Below are positions 1 to 10,016 of a stretch of 64,000 nucleotides of DNA, in pieces (the stretch's first letter is position 1; each line of letters begins with the position of its first letter). Source of the stretch: Candidatus Sulfomarinibacteraceae bacterium (GTDB taxonomy: Bacteria; Acidobacteriota; Thermoanaerobaculia; Thermoanaerobaculales; Sulfomarinibacteraceae); contig CAWCLO010000003.1 of the NCBI GenBank assembly GCA_963796455.1, positions 224,001 to 288,000 of the forward strand, given 5' to 3'. The position numbers and the translations under genes were made by a program. Under the pieces are notes generated by a model that made no database searches, was not told the DNA's origin, and saw only the letters and a list, made by a program, of their open reading frames with translations.

Positions 1-1595
1 TCGGGATGGCGGTCGACGGCGGCAAGGACAGCCTCTCGATGGCGGCCCGTGCCCCTCTGGCCGGGGGCGGTGAAGAGCTGGTCAAGACGCCGGGCGAGCT
101 CGTCATCTCGGCCTATGTCTCGTGTCCCGATATTCGGCAGACTGTGACCCCGGATCTCGAACTGCCCGGGAACGGGCGATTGCTCTTTGTCGATCTCGGC
201 GGCGGCCGGAACCGGCTCGGCGGGTCCGCCCTGGCGCAGGTTTTTTCGCAGGTCGGCAACGACACCCCTGATTTCGAGGACGCCGATCTGCTCGCGCGGG
301 CATTCGCCGTGGTTCAGCAACTGATCGCCGGTGGGCTCATCACTGCCGGTCACGACCGTTCGGATGGTGGTCTGGTCACGACCTTGCTCGAGATGGCCTT
401 TGCCGGCAACTGCGGTCTGGAGATCGAGCTTGATGGGGGTGACCCCATCAAAGTTCTCTTCAGCGAGGAGTTGGGGCTTGCAATGGAGACCGACGAAACC
501 GACGTGGACACGGTGGTCGGGGCCTTCCGGGACGCCAATGTCCCGTGCGCAGTCATTGGCGGCACCCTGGCAGAACCCTTGATCCGAATGACGGTCGGCG
601 GGCGGCAGGTGCTAACCGCCGACATGCGCGACCTGCGTGACCTGTGGGAGGCGACATCGTTCCGCCTCGAGCTCGAGCAGGCCGACCCGGGGTGCGTGGC
701 CGCCGAGCGTGACGGTCTGCGCGATCGTTCCGCGCCGCCATTCGAACTCAGCTACACACCTGAGGCGACGCCCACTGTGGTGATGGAAAAGACCGACAAG
801 ATCCCGGTCGCCATGTTGCGCGAGGAAGGTTCCAACGGCGACCGCGAGATGGCCGCAGCGTTCCTTGCCGCGGGGTTCGAGCCATGGGACGTCGCGATGT
901 CGGATCTCTTGAGCGGCCGGATCACTCTCGATCGATTTCGCGGCGTGGTGGCGGTCGGCGGTTTCGCTCACGCCGATGTCCTCGACGCAGGCAAGGGCTG
1001 GGCCGGGTCGATCCGCTTCAACAGCGAATTGTGGGCCCAGTTCGAGGCCTTTCTCGACCGGCCGGACACCTTCAGCCTCGGCGTGTGCAACGGTTGCCAG
1101 TTGCTTGCGTTGTTGGGGTGGGTCCCGTGGCGGGGTCTCGAAGGCACGGCCCAGCCGCGTTTTGTGCGCAATGCTTCGGGCCGCTTCGAATCGCGCTTTG
1201 CCACCGTCACCGTCCAAACCAGCCCCGCCATCATGCTACGGGGAATGGAGGGCTCCACTCTCGGGATCTGGACCGCCCACGGCGAGGGGCGTGCGCTCTT
1301 TCCCGACCCCACCGTTCTCGAGACTGTGGAAGCGCAAAACCTCGCCCCTATCCGATTCGTCGATGACGGCGGTGCGGTGACCGAAACGTATCCCCACAAC
1401 CCAAACGGATCACCATCAGGCATCGCCGGCCTGTGTTCACCCGACGGCCGCCACCTTGCTATGATGCCCCACCCCGAGCGGACCACAAACCTGTGGAACT
1501 GGGGATGGATGCCACGCGATTGGCGGAACAATCTCGAAGTCTCGCCGTGGCTGAAAATGTTCCAGAATGCCAGGGAGTGGTGCGAGCAGGCTTGA
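1..1595 (+). CDS. purL: Phosphoribosylformylglycinamidine synthase, large fused type (3' part; starts upstream of window)
   Basis: GGKDSLSM and HDRSDGGL motifs, plus a C-terminal glutaminase domain (LGVCNGCQ, AHGEG, MMPHPER). Confidence 0.95.
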   Translation, partial: GMAVDGGKDSLSMAARAPLAGGGEELVKTPGELVISAYVSCPDIRQTVTPDLELPGNGRLLFVDLGGGRNRLGGSALAQVFSQVGNDTPDFEDADLLARAFAVVQQLIAGGLITAGHDRSDGGLVTTLLEMAFAGNCGLEIELDGGDPIKVLFSEELGLAMETDETDVDTVVGAFRDANVPCAVIGGTLAEPLIRMTVGGRQVLTADMRDLRDLWEATSFRLELEQADPGCVAAERDGLRDRSAPPFELSYTPEATPTVVMEKTDKIPVAMLREEGSNGDREMAAAFLAAGFEPWDVAMSDLLSGRITLDRFRGVVAVGGFAHADVLDAGKGWAGSIRFNSELWAQFEAFLDRPDTFSLGVCNGCQLLALLGWVPWRGLEGTAQPRFVRNASGRFESRFATVTVQTSPAIMLRGMEGSTLGIWTAHGEGRALFPDPTVLETVEAQNLAPIRFVDDGGAVTETYPHNPNGSPSGIAGLCSPDGRHLAMMPHPERTTNLWNWGWMPRDWRNNLEVSPWLKMFQNAREWCEQA

Positions 1596-1691
1596 GGCTT
1601 GAGGCTTGAGGCTTGAGGCTTGAGGCTTGAGGCTTGAGGCTTGAGGCTTGAGGCTTGAGGCTTGAGGCTTGAGGCTTGAGGCTTGAGGCTT
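1588..1691. repeat. Heptamer tandem array (AGGCTTG) x ~15
   Basis: 14 full perfect units plus 6 nt. The array overlaps the purL stop codon. Degenerate inverted units (CAAGCCC) follow at ~1721-1742. Confidence 0.97.
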
Positions 1692-1750
1692 CAAGATATC
1701 CGTTTTGTGGCAGGGGTTGTCAAGCCCCAGGTCCCAAGCCCCATTTCTTC

Positions 1751-2542
1751 CTAGGGAAGATCCCTGGTCTCCAGGGTAGCGCCATCGCTGTTGAGCCGCA
1801 CCCTGAGCATCTCGTTACGCGTCACTGCAGCCACCGCGACATCCGATCCCACCGCCCGTTTCAGGCTTTCTCGGACCAGATCCGGACAATTGTTTTCGGC
1901 CGAAAGGTGCAACCCGACCACCGCCTGCAACACCGACGACCCGACGGCGTCGAGAGCCTCCAGGCTCTGGTGGTTCGAGAGATGGCCGGTGCTCGAATCA
2001 ATTCGTTGTTTGAGCTGCCACGGGTAGGGTCCGTGGCGAAGCATGTCTTTGTCATGATTTGCCTCGAGCAACAGCAGTTCGCATCCCTGCAGTCGCTGCT
2101 GCAACAGGGTCGTAAACCGCCCTGTGTCAGTGCACAAGGCGGCGCTGTGAGTTCCGTCATCGAAGACAAATGCCACCGACTCGGCCGCATCGTGGGAGGT
2201 TCTGACCGGGGTGATCTGGAGATCGCCGAAACTTATGATCCGGCCCGGAATGAGAGTCCCGCCACCATGATCCGGCACATTGAGGCGTCCCCAGGTGCCT
2301 TCGGTAGCCCACACCGGCGCCGCTCGATGGCGCCGCAAAAAAACATCGAGACCACGCACATGATCCGAGTGTTCGTGGGTGAGGAGCACGGCATCCACGT
2401 CGTCCGGACTCCGCCCGAAGGCCTCCAGCCGAAGTCGAAGCTGAAGCGCCGAGACGCCGGCATCGATCAGTACGGCGGTGTCGCCCGTGCAGACGAGGGC
2501 AGCGTTGCCTGAGGATCCGGAGGCCAGTACCAAGACCTCCAT
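1751..2542 (-). CDS. MBL-fold metallo-hydrolase (YycJ/WalJ-like)
   Basis: LASGSSGN, THEHSDH, EANHD and GHLSN motifs. Confidence 0.88.
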   Translation of the reverse strand: MEVLVLASGSSGNAALVCTGDTAVLIDAGVSALQLRLRLEAFGRSPDDVDAVLLTHEHSDHVRGLDVFLRRHRAAPVWATEGTWGRLNVPDHGGGTLIPGRIISFGDLQITPVRTSHDAAESVAFVFDDGTHSAALCTDTGRFTTLLQQRLQGCELLLLEANHDKDMLRHGPYPWQLKQRIDSSTGHLSNHQSLEALDAVGSSVLQAVVGLHLSAENNCPDLVRESLKRAVGSDVAVAAVTRNEMLRVRLNSDGATLETRDLP

Positions 2543-2544
2543 TG

Positions 2545-2988
2545 TCAAACTCCAGTCGAGCCGAAGCCGCCTGTTCCTCGCGTGGAGGAGCTCAGCTCTT
2601 CGCTTTCGACAAAGGAGGCGCGGGTGACGGGCGTGATCACGAGCTGGGCGATCCGGTCGCCGTGCGAGATGGTCACGTCCTCGCCACCGAGGTTGACGAG
2701 CAGCACCTTGAGTTCGCCGCGATAGTCGCTGTCGATCGTCCCCGGTGCGTTGACCACCGTCAGACCATGGCGAATGGCCAGGCCCGAACGCGGCCTCACC
2801 TGGCCTTCAAAGCCGTTCGGAATCTCGATCAGCAACCCGGTCGACACCGCCGTGCGCTGACCCGGTTCGAGAACGAGATCCTCACCAACCGCCGCACACA
2901 GGTCGGCACCGGCTGCGCCATCGGTTGCATAGGCCGGCAGCGGCAGACCATCAGCGTGGGCGAGCCGACGAATTCGAATTTCAATCAT
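2545..2988 (-). CDS. dut: dUTP diphosphatase
   Basis: [22 protein letters not shown] and [10 protein letters not shown] motifs. Start chosen from TATGAT 7 nt upstream. Confidence 0.95.
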   Translation of the reverse strand: MIEIRIRRLAHADGLPLPAYATDGAAGADLCAAVGEDLVLEPGQRTAVSTGLLIEIPNGFEGQVRPRSGLAIRHGLTVVNAPGTIDSDYRGELKVLLVNLGGEDVTISHGDRIAQLVITPVTRASFVESEELSSSTRGTGGFGSTGV

Positions 2989-3018
2989 CATGGTGATCAT
3001 ACGACAGCGCATCGATTC

Positions 3019-3039
3019 TGAGTTTTGAGTTTTGAGTTC
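3019..3039. repeat. Short heptamer repeat (TGAGTTT) x ~3
   Basis: tgagttttgagttttgagttc between dut and the M16 peptidase gene. Confidence 0.7.
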
Positions 3040-3048
3040 GGCAAGCCG

Positions 3049-4281
3049 TCACGCGACCCGGGTGGCGGCGCCCTCGGGACCACAAACGGCCGAAGCCATG
3101 TGTTCGGGTCGGAGGATCTCAGCCGCCAGATCTTTGATTCCTTCGACGGTCACATTCAGGATCTCGCGGCACGCAACCTCGGGGTCGAAGCGCCGGCCGC
3201 GATCGAGCAGCTCTCCGACATCGAGCGAACACCACCCTCCGGGTGATTCCAGATCCATCCGGAGCCCCCGCAACAAGCCCTCTCGTGCGACCGAGATCTC
3301 ATCGGCATCGATGTCACGACCTACCCGATCGAGCTCGGCGAGGACCAGTTTCCAGGACTCTTCAAAAGCGTTCGGCGCACACGCCCAACCGATTTCCAAA
3401 AGGCCTCCTTGATGACGGAGCAGGGGGCCCGACCAGATATCGTAGGTCAGCCCTTCATCCTCGCGGAGCTTTTGAAAGAGGCGGCTCGAAGCGCCATCGC
3501 CCAACACTCTGTTGAGAACGACGAGCGCTGCCACCCGGGGGTCGCCGATCGCCAGCGCCTTGAATCCGAGACGAGCGTGAACCTGGTCCTGCCCTTCGCG
3601 ATTGAGATCGAGATGCCCACCGCGCCAGGAAAGCGCGGGAAGGGGCGGCGCCTGCGGCGCCATACCGAGCGGGAGCCTCGCCAAGCGTTTGCAGACTCTT
3701 GCTGAATCGACGTCTCCGACCACCGCCGCCAGGATCCCACCGGGCTGAATCATCTCGTGATGGTGGCGTCTCAGAACATCCGGTGTCAGCAGATCGAGTG
3801 TTTCTCTGGTACCGATCACCGGCCGCGCGAGCGGATGGTCTCCCCAGGCGGCACGGAGGAGACCCTCTTCGACTCTTTCCGAGGGATCATCGGCCGCCAG
3901 GTCGAGTTCCGCCATGGTCACCCGACGCTCGAGATCAACGTCAGATGGAGCGAACGTCGGGTCGAGCATCGCATCAACCAGAAGATCCAGCGCATCGTCG
4001 AGCGCATCGACCGTGGTGTTGATGTTGATTCCCATCAACTCGGAGCTGGTCCACGCATCAACTTCACCACCCAGACGGTCGACAAGCGCCGCCAGCGAGC
4101 GGCGGTCATGCTCTCCACAGGATCTGAGGGTCAGATGTTCGACCAGGTGGGTCGCCCCGGCCACAGCCGCCGGATCATGGGCGGCACCGCGCGTGACCCA
4201 GATCCCGGCCGCGATGGTTTCGCGACCAGGGAGGCGACGCGTCAAAAGTGCGGGCAGCTTCGAGGATATGGAATTCGGCAC
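3049..4281 (-). CDS. M16 (pitrilysin-family) zinc peptidase
   Basis: HLVEH inverted zincin motif, HPLARPVIG, SSRLFQKLRE. GTG start inferred; the longer ORF extension is translated repeat DNA. Confidence 0.88.
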   Translation of the reverse strand: MPNSISSKLPALLTRRLPGRETIAAGIWVTRGAAHDPAAVAGATHLVEHLTLRSCGEHDRRSLAALVDRLGGEVDAWTSSELMGININTTVDALDDALDLLVDAMLDPTFAPSDVDLERRVTMAELDLAADDPSERVEEGLLRAAWGDHPLARPVIGTRETLDLLTPDVLRRHHHEMIQPGGILAAVVGDVDSARVCKRLARLPLGMAPQAPPLPALSWRGGHLDLNREGQDQVHARLGFKALAIGDPRVAALVVLNRVLGDGASSRLFQKLREDEGLTYDIWSGPLLRHQGGLLEIGWACAPNAFEESWKLVLAELDRVGRDIDADEISVAREGLLRGLRMDLESPGGWCSLDVGELLDRGRRFDPEVACREILNVTVEGIKDLAAEILRPEHMASAVCGPEGAATRVA

Positions 4282-4339
4282 AGCGCGGGAGTTTACTACA
4301 AGTGGAGACGATGCCGCACCCGTTTGCACGCAAGGGGGA

Positions 4340-4545
4340 GGAGGTGCAGGGAAGTATGAGAAGGGGAGAGGGGAAAGGGAGCAGGGGAGATGAAGAGTAG
4401 GTGCGAGCTGGGGATTAGGAATCAGCGATGAGGCGCTCCCTATCACGAACAGAGCTTCCAGTACGGTTCGCCCTTTCGCCCTTTCGCCCTTTCGCCCTTT
4501 CTCCCTTTCTCCCCTGCTCCCTTTCTCCCTTTCTCCCTTTCACTA
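4340..4545. repeat. Composite intergenic repeat: purine-rich arm, conserved spacer module, octamer array (TTTC[G/T]CCC)n
   Basis: 4430-4545 is a reverse-complement homolog of 36465-36525 (CCGTACnGGA...GTTCGTGATA module). 4355-4425 resembles 16305-16395. Confidence 0.85.
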
Positions 4546-4591
4546 TGGGTATGTGACGGCGGTCCTGGAACCGCTGGCCGTCAGATCCAAC

Positions 4592-5497
4592 TCACTTCCA
4601 CGCGGTACCCGTCGGCTGCGGCCGTGGCGGGGTGGGATACCGGCCCGGTGGCTGACCCGGCGGCTGGCTCCCGCCACCGGTGCCCCCGCCTGGTTGTCCG
4701 CCACCCGGTTGTCCTCCGCCAGGTCGAACCGGCGTGGGGGGCTGTCCCCAGGGAGTGTCATCGTCAGCCGGGGGCTGGGCGCCGCCTTCCGCACCTTGCT
4801 GACCGGTCTCTTTGAGAACGAATTTCCATTCGTTGTACTGAGTGCGTCCCTCGTATATTTTTATGGCCGCATCGGTTGAACGCGAATGCACGCCGACGAT
4901 GGGCCCTACCCGCTCACCACCCCCCGGAAGACCGCTCTCCTCGGAGCCATCGGTGTCACCCGGAAGCGGCGAATCGCCGAGTGGGCTGTTCGATCGAGGC
5001 TCGTCGGAGCCTGTCCTCCTCCGTTCGCCGGATCCTGTGGGACCACCGGCGCCACCTAATCCGGCGGGGCCTCCGGCGCCTCCGAGCTCACGGCCTTCTT
5101 GACCGAGGAACACCAGGCCCCACTCCTCCGAATCGGTCATCGGGTCCTTCCAATTGCGGCGCAGGACCTTCGGGTTGGCTTCCCAGAGCTCCTGGAGGCG
5201 CATCGGATTGCGACCGTACTTCTGTTTGTACAATCTGATGCCTTCGACGTATTGCTGGCCGCGAAAAATGAGTTCCGCCTCGCGTTCACGCCGCATCTGA
5301 AAAGAAATGATCTCCACCGCCACAGCCATCATGATCGCCATCAACGCGATGACCATGACAAAAATGACGAGGGTGTAGCCCGCTTCGGGGGATTTCGGAT
5401 TTCGGATTTCGGATTTCGGATTCTCACCCCGACTCCCCGAGCTGAGGGAGGGTGGCCCGGAAATCTCAAATTCGAAATTCAAAATCCGAAATGCCAT
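4592..5497 (-). CDS. Pseudopilin-like type II secretion protein with Pro/Gly-rich tail
   Basis: G|YTLVIFVMVIALMAI prepilin-like segment, REREAELIFRG and WKDPMT. TAATG coupling with the upstream gene. Confidence 0.8.
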   Translation of the reverse strand: MAFRILNFEFEISGPPSLSSGSRGENPKSEIRNPKSPEAGYTLVIFVMVIALMAIMMAVAVEIISFQMRREREAELIFRGQQYVEGIRLYKQKYGRNPMRLQELWEANPKVLRRNWKDPMTDSEEWGLVFLGQEGRELGGAGGPAGLGGAGGPTGSGERRRTGSDEPRSNSPLGDSPLPGDTDGSEESGLPGGGERVGPIVGVHSRSTDAAIKIYEGRTQYNEWKFVLKETGQQGAEGGAQPPADDDTPWGQPPTPVRPGGGQPGGGQPGGGTGGGSQPPGQPPGRYPTPPRPQPTGTAWK

Positions 5498-5955
5498 TAC
5501 CACTCGTAAATCAGGGTTCCATCGAGCCCGACGCGGGTGTCGTCGGCATAACGAATATCGATCAACTGATTCCCGGCGCCCTGTGGATCGTCAAACGGTT
5601 CCAGTTCTTCGAGCTCACTCGGTTCGGCGTAGAGTTCTTCCCAGGCACCATCCGACGAGCCAGAGAAGGGATCAACCGGGATAAAGCGCAGGTATCCGGC
5701 GTCCACCACGGCCTGGAGGCTCTCCGGGTAATAACCCTTATCGGCCAGGTGCTGGTCGATACACGACCGCATCTCATAGAGATCGGCCTTGATCACCGCT
5801 TCACGCGCCCTGATGGGCGCGTTCTGCATCGCCGGCATGGCGATCGCCGCCAGAATTCCGATGATCGCCACCACGATGATGAGTTCGATCAGTGTGAAAC
5901 CCGCCTTCGGCGATCTCTGGATTTTGAACTCCGAACTCCGAATTCCGAATTTCAT
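5497..5955 (-). CDS. GspG-like pseudopilin
   Basis: G|FTLIELIIVVAIIGILAAIA type IV prepilin motif, YLRFIPVDPF. Confidence 0.9.
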   Translation of the reverse strand: MKFGIRSSEFKIQRSPKAGFTLIELIIVVAIIGILAAIAMPAMQNAPIRAREAVIKADLYEMRSCIDQHLADKGYYPESLQAVVDAGYLRFIPVDPFSGSSDGAWEELYAEPSELEELEPFDDPQGAGNQLIDIRYADDTRVGLDGTLIYEW

Positions 5956-5959
5956 CTTG

Positions 5960-6421
5960 TTACCAGTCGGCATATTTTGTTCCATCAATGGCGACTCCTT
6001 CCGAAGTCGAACGAATGTCGTAGACGTTCTGCCCTCCCCAACTCGTCGCGTCGGCATCGTCCTGATACGATCGCAACTCCCAGTCCTCGCGGGTCATCGG
6101 ATCAATCGGGATACGCCGCAAGAACTTCATCTTGGTCTCCTGACCGACAAGTTCGACCCCTTCCACAAGCAACTCGAGGTTCTCGGGGTAGCCCTCGCCA
6201 CCGATGGTGACGGGAATCAGACCTTGGTCAGAAAGTCTTTTGTACTCGTCGATGGCCGTCCGGACCTGACGCAGCGCGAGACGCAAATCGGCTTCTTTGC
6301 GGCGTTTGACGGTGAACTTGGCGACCGGAAGAACCATCGACGACAAGACCGCAACCAGGGCTACCACCATCACCAATTCGGCAAGGGTGTATCCAAGCTG
6401 AGACTTGCTTCGCGTAATCAT
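5960..6421 (-). CDS. GspG-like pseudopilin
   Basis: G|YTLAELVMVVAL prepilin motif, FLRRIPIDPMT. Confidence 0.9.
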   Translation of the reverse strand: MITRSKSQLGYTLAELVMVVALVAVLSSMVLPVAKFTVKRRKEADLRLALRQVRTAIDEYKRLSDQGLIPVTIGGEGYPENLELLVEGVELVGQETKMKFLRRIPIDPMTREDWELRSYQDDADATSWGGQNVYDIRSTSEGVAIDGTKYADW

Positions 6422-8850
6422 CGTTTCTCGTTGACCTGACCGCCACCGTTGACAAAGAGGGCCCCGTCCGACGCCGCAACCGGTATCGAAGAACCATCAG
6501 ATGTCACTGCGCCTGCAGCGGTGAAGACCAATGGCACCGGGCCCGCCTCGAGCGCACGGATTCCCAACACGACCACCGCCTGCCCGCTCTCGATGCCATT
6601 GGTGACGATAAGATCCAGATCGATCCAGCCGTCGACCGGGTTGACATCATGGCGCAGGACCTCGACACCGGCCCCGGGCAGAACTTCTTCAATCGACACT
6701 TTATTGGGGTCGAAGGAAAGACCCACCGGTAGGCGGTACGAACCGGTACCGCCTCGAACAACGATTTGCAGCTGGGTTTCCTGCTGCGGCCGAATCGAGA
6801 TCACCGATGGTTCGAGCCCGACCAACAGGGGCGGTTTGCTGGCATCTATCTGTCCGACGACCGGCTCGAACTCGGGGACATCGCTCCACCCCAGATCCGC
6901 GTCCTGTTTCTCGACCCCGGACGGCACCAGATCCACCCCTTCGCTCTCAGTCGCCGGCGGGTTGACGCGACGCGGAGCGGTGGGGCGCCTCGATCCCGGT
7001 CGCCCATAGGGCTCGTTCGATTGATCTGTCGGTTCGGCCTGTTGCTTGTTTGCATCTTCGTCAAACGGGCCTCTCGGAGCGCGGCCGGATTCAACCCGCG
7101 GTCGGGTTCCCGAGTACGAGATCCTGCTTTCGGTCCCGACCCAGATCGGCGCCAGATCCTCTTCCTCGATATTCGGGAAACGAATGATCTGCGGCGTCAG
7201 AGTCAGCACGAGATCGGTGTCCTTGTTGGTGATGTTTTCATTTCGAAACAGCCGACCGAGCCACGGGATATCGCCCAGAATCGGCGTCTTGGTGACTCCC
7301 TTGGTCTTGTCCCGCCGGATCAGACCCGCGAGCAGGCTCGACTCGCCGCTTTTGAGCCGGATCGTCGAGGTGATGGTCCGGGTTCCGATCGTGATCGCCT
7401 CCTGTCCGGGGCCAACCGGCACGGTCTCACCCAGGTTCGAAATCTCGACCTTGAGGATGAGGGTGATCTCACGGTTGTGGTGGACTCGGGGCTCGACTTC
7501 GATCTGAATACCGATGTCCTTGTACTGGAACGAGGTGATCGGGACCACACTGCCGCCGATGGTGTTCGAGGTGTTGAAGGAGGTCACCGGGATCGGCACC
7601 TGATCACCGATCAGCAAATTGGCCTTCTCGCCCTCGGTGATCCGCAACTGCGGTTGCGCGATGACCGTGGCCTCACCCGAGGACTTGGCCAGATTGATGA
7701 GAATGCTCGGTACGTTGATGAACCAATTACCGCGCGTGATGTTCGAAAAATCATCGAGGCCGAGGGTCCCGGCGGGTGCCGACGGGTTGACTGCGGCGGT
7801 ATCGAGTCCGAGGTTGAAGTTATAGGTGGACAACGCGGTTCCGATGTTCGAGTTCTTGGTTGTCGCCATGATCATGATCTCGACATCGACCAGGACCTCG
7901 GCCTTGGCTTTGTCGTTGACCTTGATGAGCTTCTCTGCGATCGCCACCTTGTCGGCGGTGTCGCGCAGAGTGATTGCGTTGAGCTGTTCATTGGTCGACA
8001 GCCGGCGCGCCTCGATCAAGGACCGCAGCAGTTTGTCGATCTCTTTGACGTCGGCGTTGGAGAGGAAGAAGGTCTTGATGACGAGATCCTCGTATTCACG
8101 ACGATTCTGGGGCGTGTCGTCGGCAATGATGATCGAGTTCTCATCCAAGACCTTGTAAAAATGACCGGCTGCCTGCATCACCATTTCCAGCGATTGTTCG
8201 GAGGTCAGATCCCGCAGTTCGACGGCCAATCGATCGTCTTTGAGCGCCGGATCGAAGAGCACGTTGAAGCCGTAGGCCTTTCCGATGGCGTTGTAGATCT
8301 CCTTGACCGGTTTTGGTTTGGGAAAATTGAGGGTGATGGGTTCGTTGGACTTCGGATCGAGAACCGGAGGCTGCACCTTGGCGCGTCTCGCCTGATCCTT
8401 GAGCTCTTCGAGTTTTCGAGCACCATTGGGCAGGGACAGGATCTCCATCTCCTCGATGACGTCTTCGAGAATCTGGGCCGCATATTGATTGGTCGGATCC
8501 AGCTGGACCGCCATCTGCAGCTCGTTCCGGGCCGCCAGGAGTCTTCCCAACTGGCGCAACGAAACCCCGTTCTGAAAGTGGGTTTGGGAAGCCTTTTGCC
8601 GGGTAAAGGCGAGCTGCATCTTGTACTCGATATTGTCGGGATCCTCGGCAAGGGCCTGAAGATAATGGTAGACGGCAGCGTCCCAGTTCTGATTTCTGGC
8701 GGCGTCACTGCCGTCATTGGATGTCTGCTTGGCGGTCGAGCAACCGACCGTCGCCACCACCAGGGTGATGGCGAGCGCACACCCGAGAACTCCGATTCTA
8801 TTGTTCAGACAACGGTACACGCTGATCCTCCGAGGGAGCGTATCCGACAA
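6418..8850 (-). CDS. gspD: Secretin (GspD/PilQ family) with TPR-like N-terminus and cohesin-like C-terminal domain
   Basis: Lipobox-like TVGC, secretin motifs (FQYKDIGIQIEVEP, PILGDIPWLGRLF), beta-rich C-terminal domain. Confidence 0.9.
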   Translation of the reverse strand: MSDTLPRRISVYRCLNNRIGVLGCALAITLVVATVGCSTAKQTSNDGSDAARNQNWDAAVYHYLQALAEDPDNIEYKMQLAFTRQKASQTHFQNGVSLRQLGRLLAARNELQMAVQLDPTNQYAAQILEDVIEEMEILSLPNGARKLEELKDQARRAKVQPPVLDPKSNEPITLNFPKPKPVKEIYNAIGKAYGFNVLFDPALKDDRLAVELRDLTSEQSLEMVMQAAGHFYKVLDENSIIIADDTPQNRREYEDLVIKTFFLSNADVKEIDKLLRSLIEARRLSTNEQLNAITLRDTADKVAIAEKLIKVNDKAKAEVLVDVEIMIMATTKNSNIGTALSTYNFNLGLDTAAVNPSAPAGTLGLDDFSNITRGNWFINVPSILINLAKSSGEATVIAQPQLRITEGEKANLLIGDQVPIPVTSFNTSNTIGGSVVPITSFQYKDIGIQIEVEPRVHHNREITLILKVEISNLGETVPVGPGQEAITIGTRTITSTIRLKSGESSLLAGLIRRDKTKGVTKTPILGDIPWLGRLFRNENITNKDTDLVLTLTPQIIRFPNIEEEDLAPIWVGTESRISYSGTRPRVESGRAPRGPFDEDANKQQAEPTDQSNEPYGRPGSRRPTAPRRVNPPATESEGVDLVPSGVEKQDADLGWSDVPEFEPVVGQIDASKPPLLVGLEPSVISIRPQQETQLQIVVRGGTGSYRLPVGLSFDPNKVSIEEVLPGAGVEVLRHDVNPVDGWIDLDLIVTNGIESGQAVVVLGIRALEAGPVPLVFTAAGAVTSDGSSIPVAASDGALFVNGGGQVNEKR

Positions 8851-9397
8851 AGCCGATCTTTACCGACTCCAATCCGATCTCCCGTACGATGAAAATATCG
8901 TCCAGCACATCTCCGACGACAGCGACTTCGATCTCGCTGCTTCCAGCTTCGATTCCCTTTTTTCGAAATGCAGCTACCTTCTTTGGCGTCGGGCCCAGAT
9001 AGCCGATGAACTCGCGATCAAACGGTGGTGGCGGCGGAAGTTCCTCGCCGTTCAGACCATGTGCAATACGCGGAGTCGGAGTCGGACGAACGACCCGCGG
9101 ACCACGAGGTGTCGGAGTCGGGGGCGGCGTCAGGTTTGGAGTCGGAGTCGGCGGCGCTCGATAGGCAAAGGGGTTGCCGTTCGATACCGACGAAGTTCCG
9201 GCAGCCAGCCCGATTCCTTCGATCTCGAGGGGCGGCAGATTCCGAGCCTCGTAGTCGAGTTTCGCGCTTCGTGCACCACCGCCACCCATGCTTCCGGCCT
9301 TCCAGTAATTGACACCCGCAACGACAACCACAACCACCAGCACCAGCAACAAGACTCCGAGCCGAACCCTGTCGTCGGAAAACTTCAATTTAGCCAT
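8798..9397 (-). CDS. Pilus/T2SS accessory membrane protein (PilP-position, Pro-rich)
   Basis: N-terminal TM, NPF motif, PT-rich linker. Lies between the pilO-like gene and the secretin. Confidence 0.65.
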   Translation of the reverse strand: MAKLKFSDDRVRLGVLLLVLVVVVVVAGVNYWKAGSMGGGGARSAKLDYEARNLPPLEIEGIGLAAGTSSVSNGNPFAYRAPPTPTPNLTPPPTPTPRGPRVVRPTPTPRIAHGLNGEELPPPPPFDREFIGYLGPTPKKVAAFRKKGIEAGSSEIEVAVVGDVLDDIFIVREIGLESVKIGFVGYAPSEDQRVPLSEQ

Positions 9398-10016
9398 TGT
9401 CCGCCTCCCCGGGTCGTATCCGACCGCCGGTCAGGCGACGCAACTGCTGTTCATCCGCTTCGGCCAGGAAGGTGGAAATATTGACAGACATGGAAAGTTC
9501 ACGACTCACCGGGTCTTCCTGTCCGGAAAGGCTCAGGTTGTCGACGATCAGGAATTCCGGGCTCGCCTGAAGCTCGGCCAGCATCTGCCGGATCTGGCGG
9601 TATTCTCCTTCGACCGCGAATCGTACTCCAAAACGAACAAACCCGGTCTGCCGGTCTTCGCGGGCCGAATAGGTATATGCGTTGGGTCGAAGCCCCGCAT
9701 TGCCGGTCGCCGCACCCACCGCACGCATGATCCCGGTCAGACGTTGATCCAGACTTCCGAACACGTCGTCGTAGAGCACGATGAACTGCTCTTCGAGTTC
9801 GGCAACCCGCTCGCGATCGCCAGAAGCCGCAACCCCCACCGATTCAAGCCGGGTGAACTCCGTTTCAAGCTCCGCCATCTCGCTTCGGATGCGGGCTCGG
9901 CTCCCCCCGGAATCGGAGGTCTGCCAGGCAAAGAGACCTGCCGCCCCGAGACAGAGCAGCACCGCGGGCAGCCACACCGCCAGCAGACGCTTCCAGGGTC
10001 GAAAGTCCACAATCAT
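9390..10016 (-). CDS. pilO: PilO/GspM-like protein
   Basis: TM plus coiled coil plus VEGEYRQIRQMLAELQ segment; operon position. Confidence 0.75.
   Translation of the reverse strand: MIVDFRPWKRLLAVWLPAVLLCLGAAGLFAWQTSDSGGSRARIRSEMAELETEFTRLESVGVAASGDRERVAELEEQFIVLYDDVFGSLDQRLTGIMRAVGAATGNAGLRPNAYTYSAREDRQTGFVRFGVRFAVEGEYRQIRQMLAELQASPEFLIVDNLSLSGQEDPVSRELSMSVNISTFLAEADEQQLRRLTGGRIRPGEADNG

Noticed and set aside
4282..4446. N-terminal extension of the M16 peptidase ORF
   Set aside because: Derived from repeat DNA. A better start (GTG 4281 with TAAACT upstream) exists.
6766..8892. 708-aa plus-strand ORF
   Set aside because: Antisense shadow of the secretin gene, typical of high-GC codon bias.
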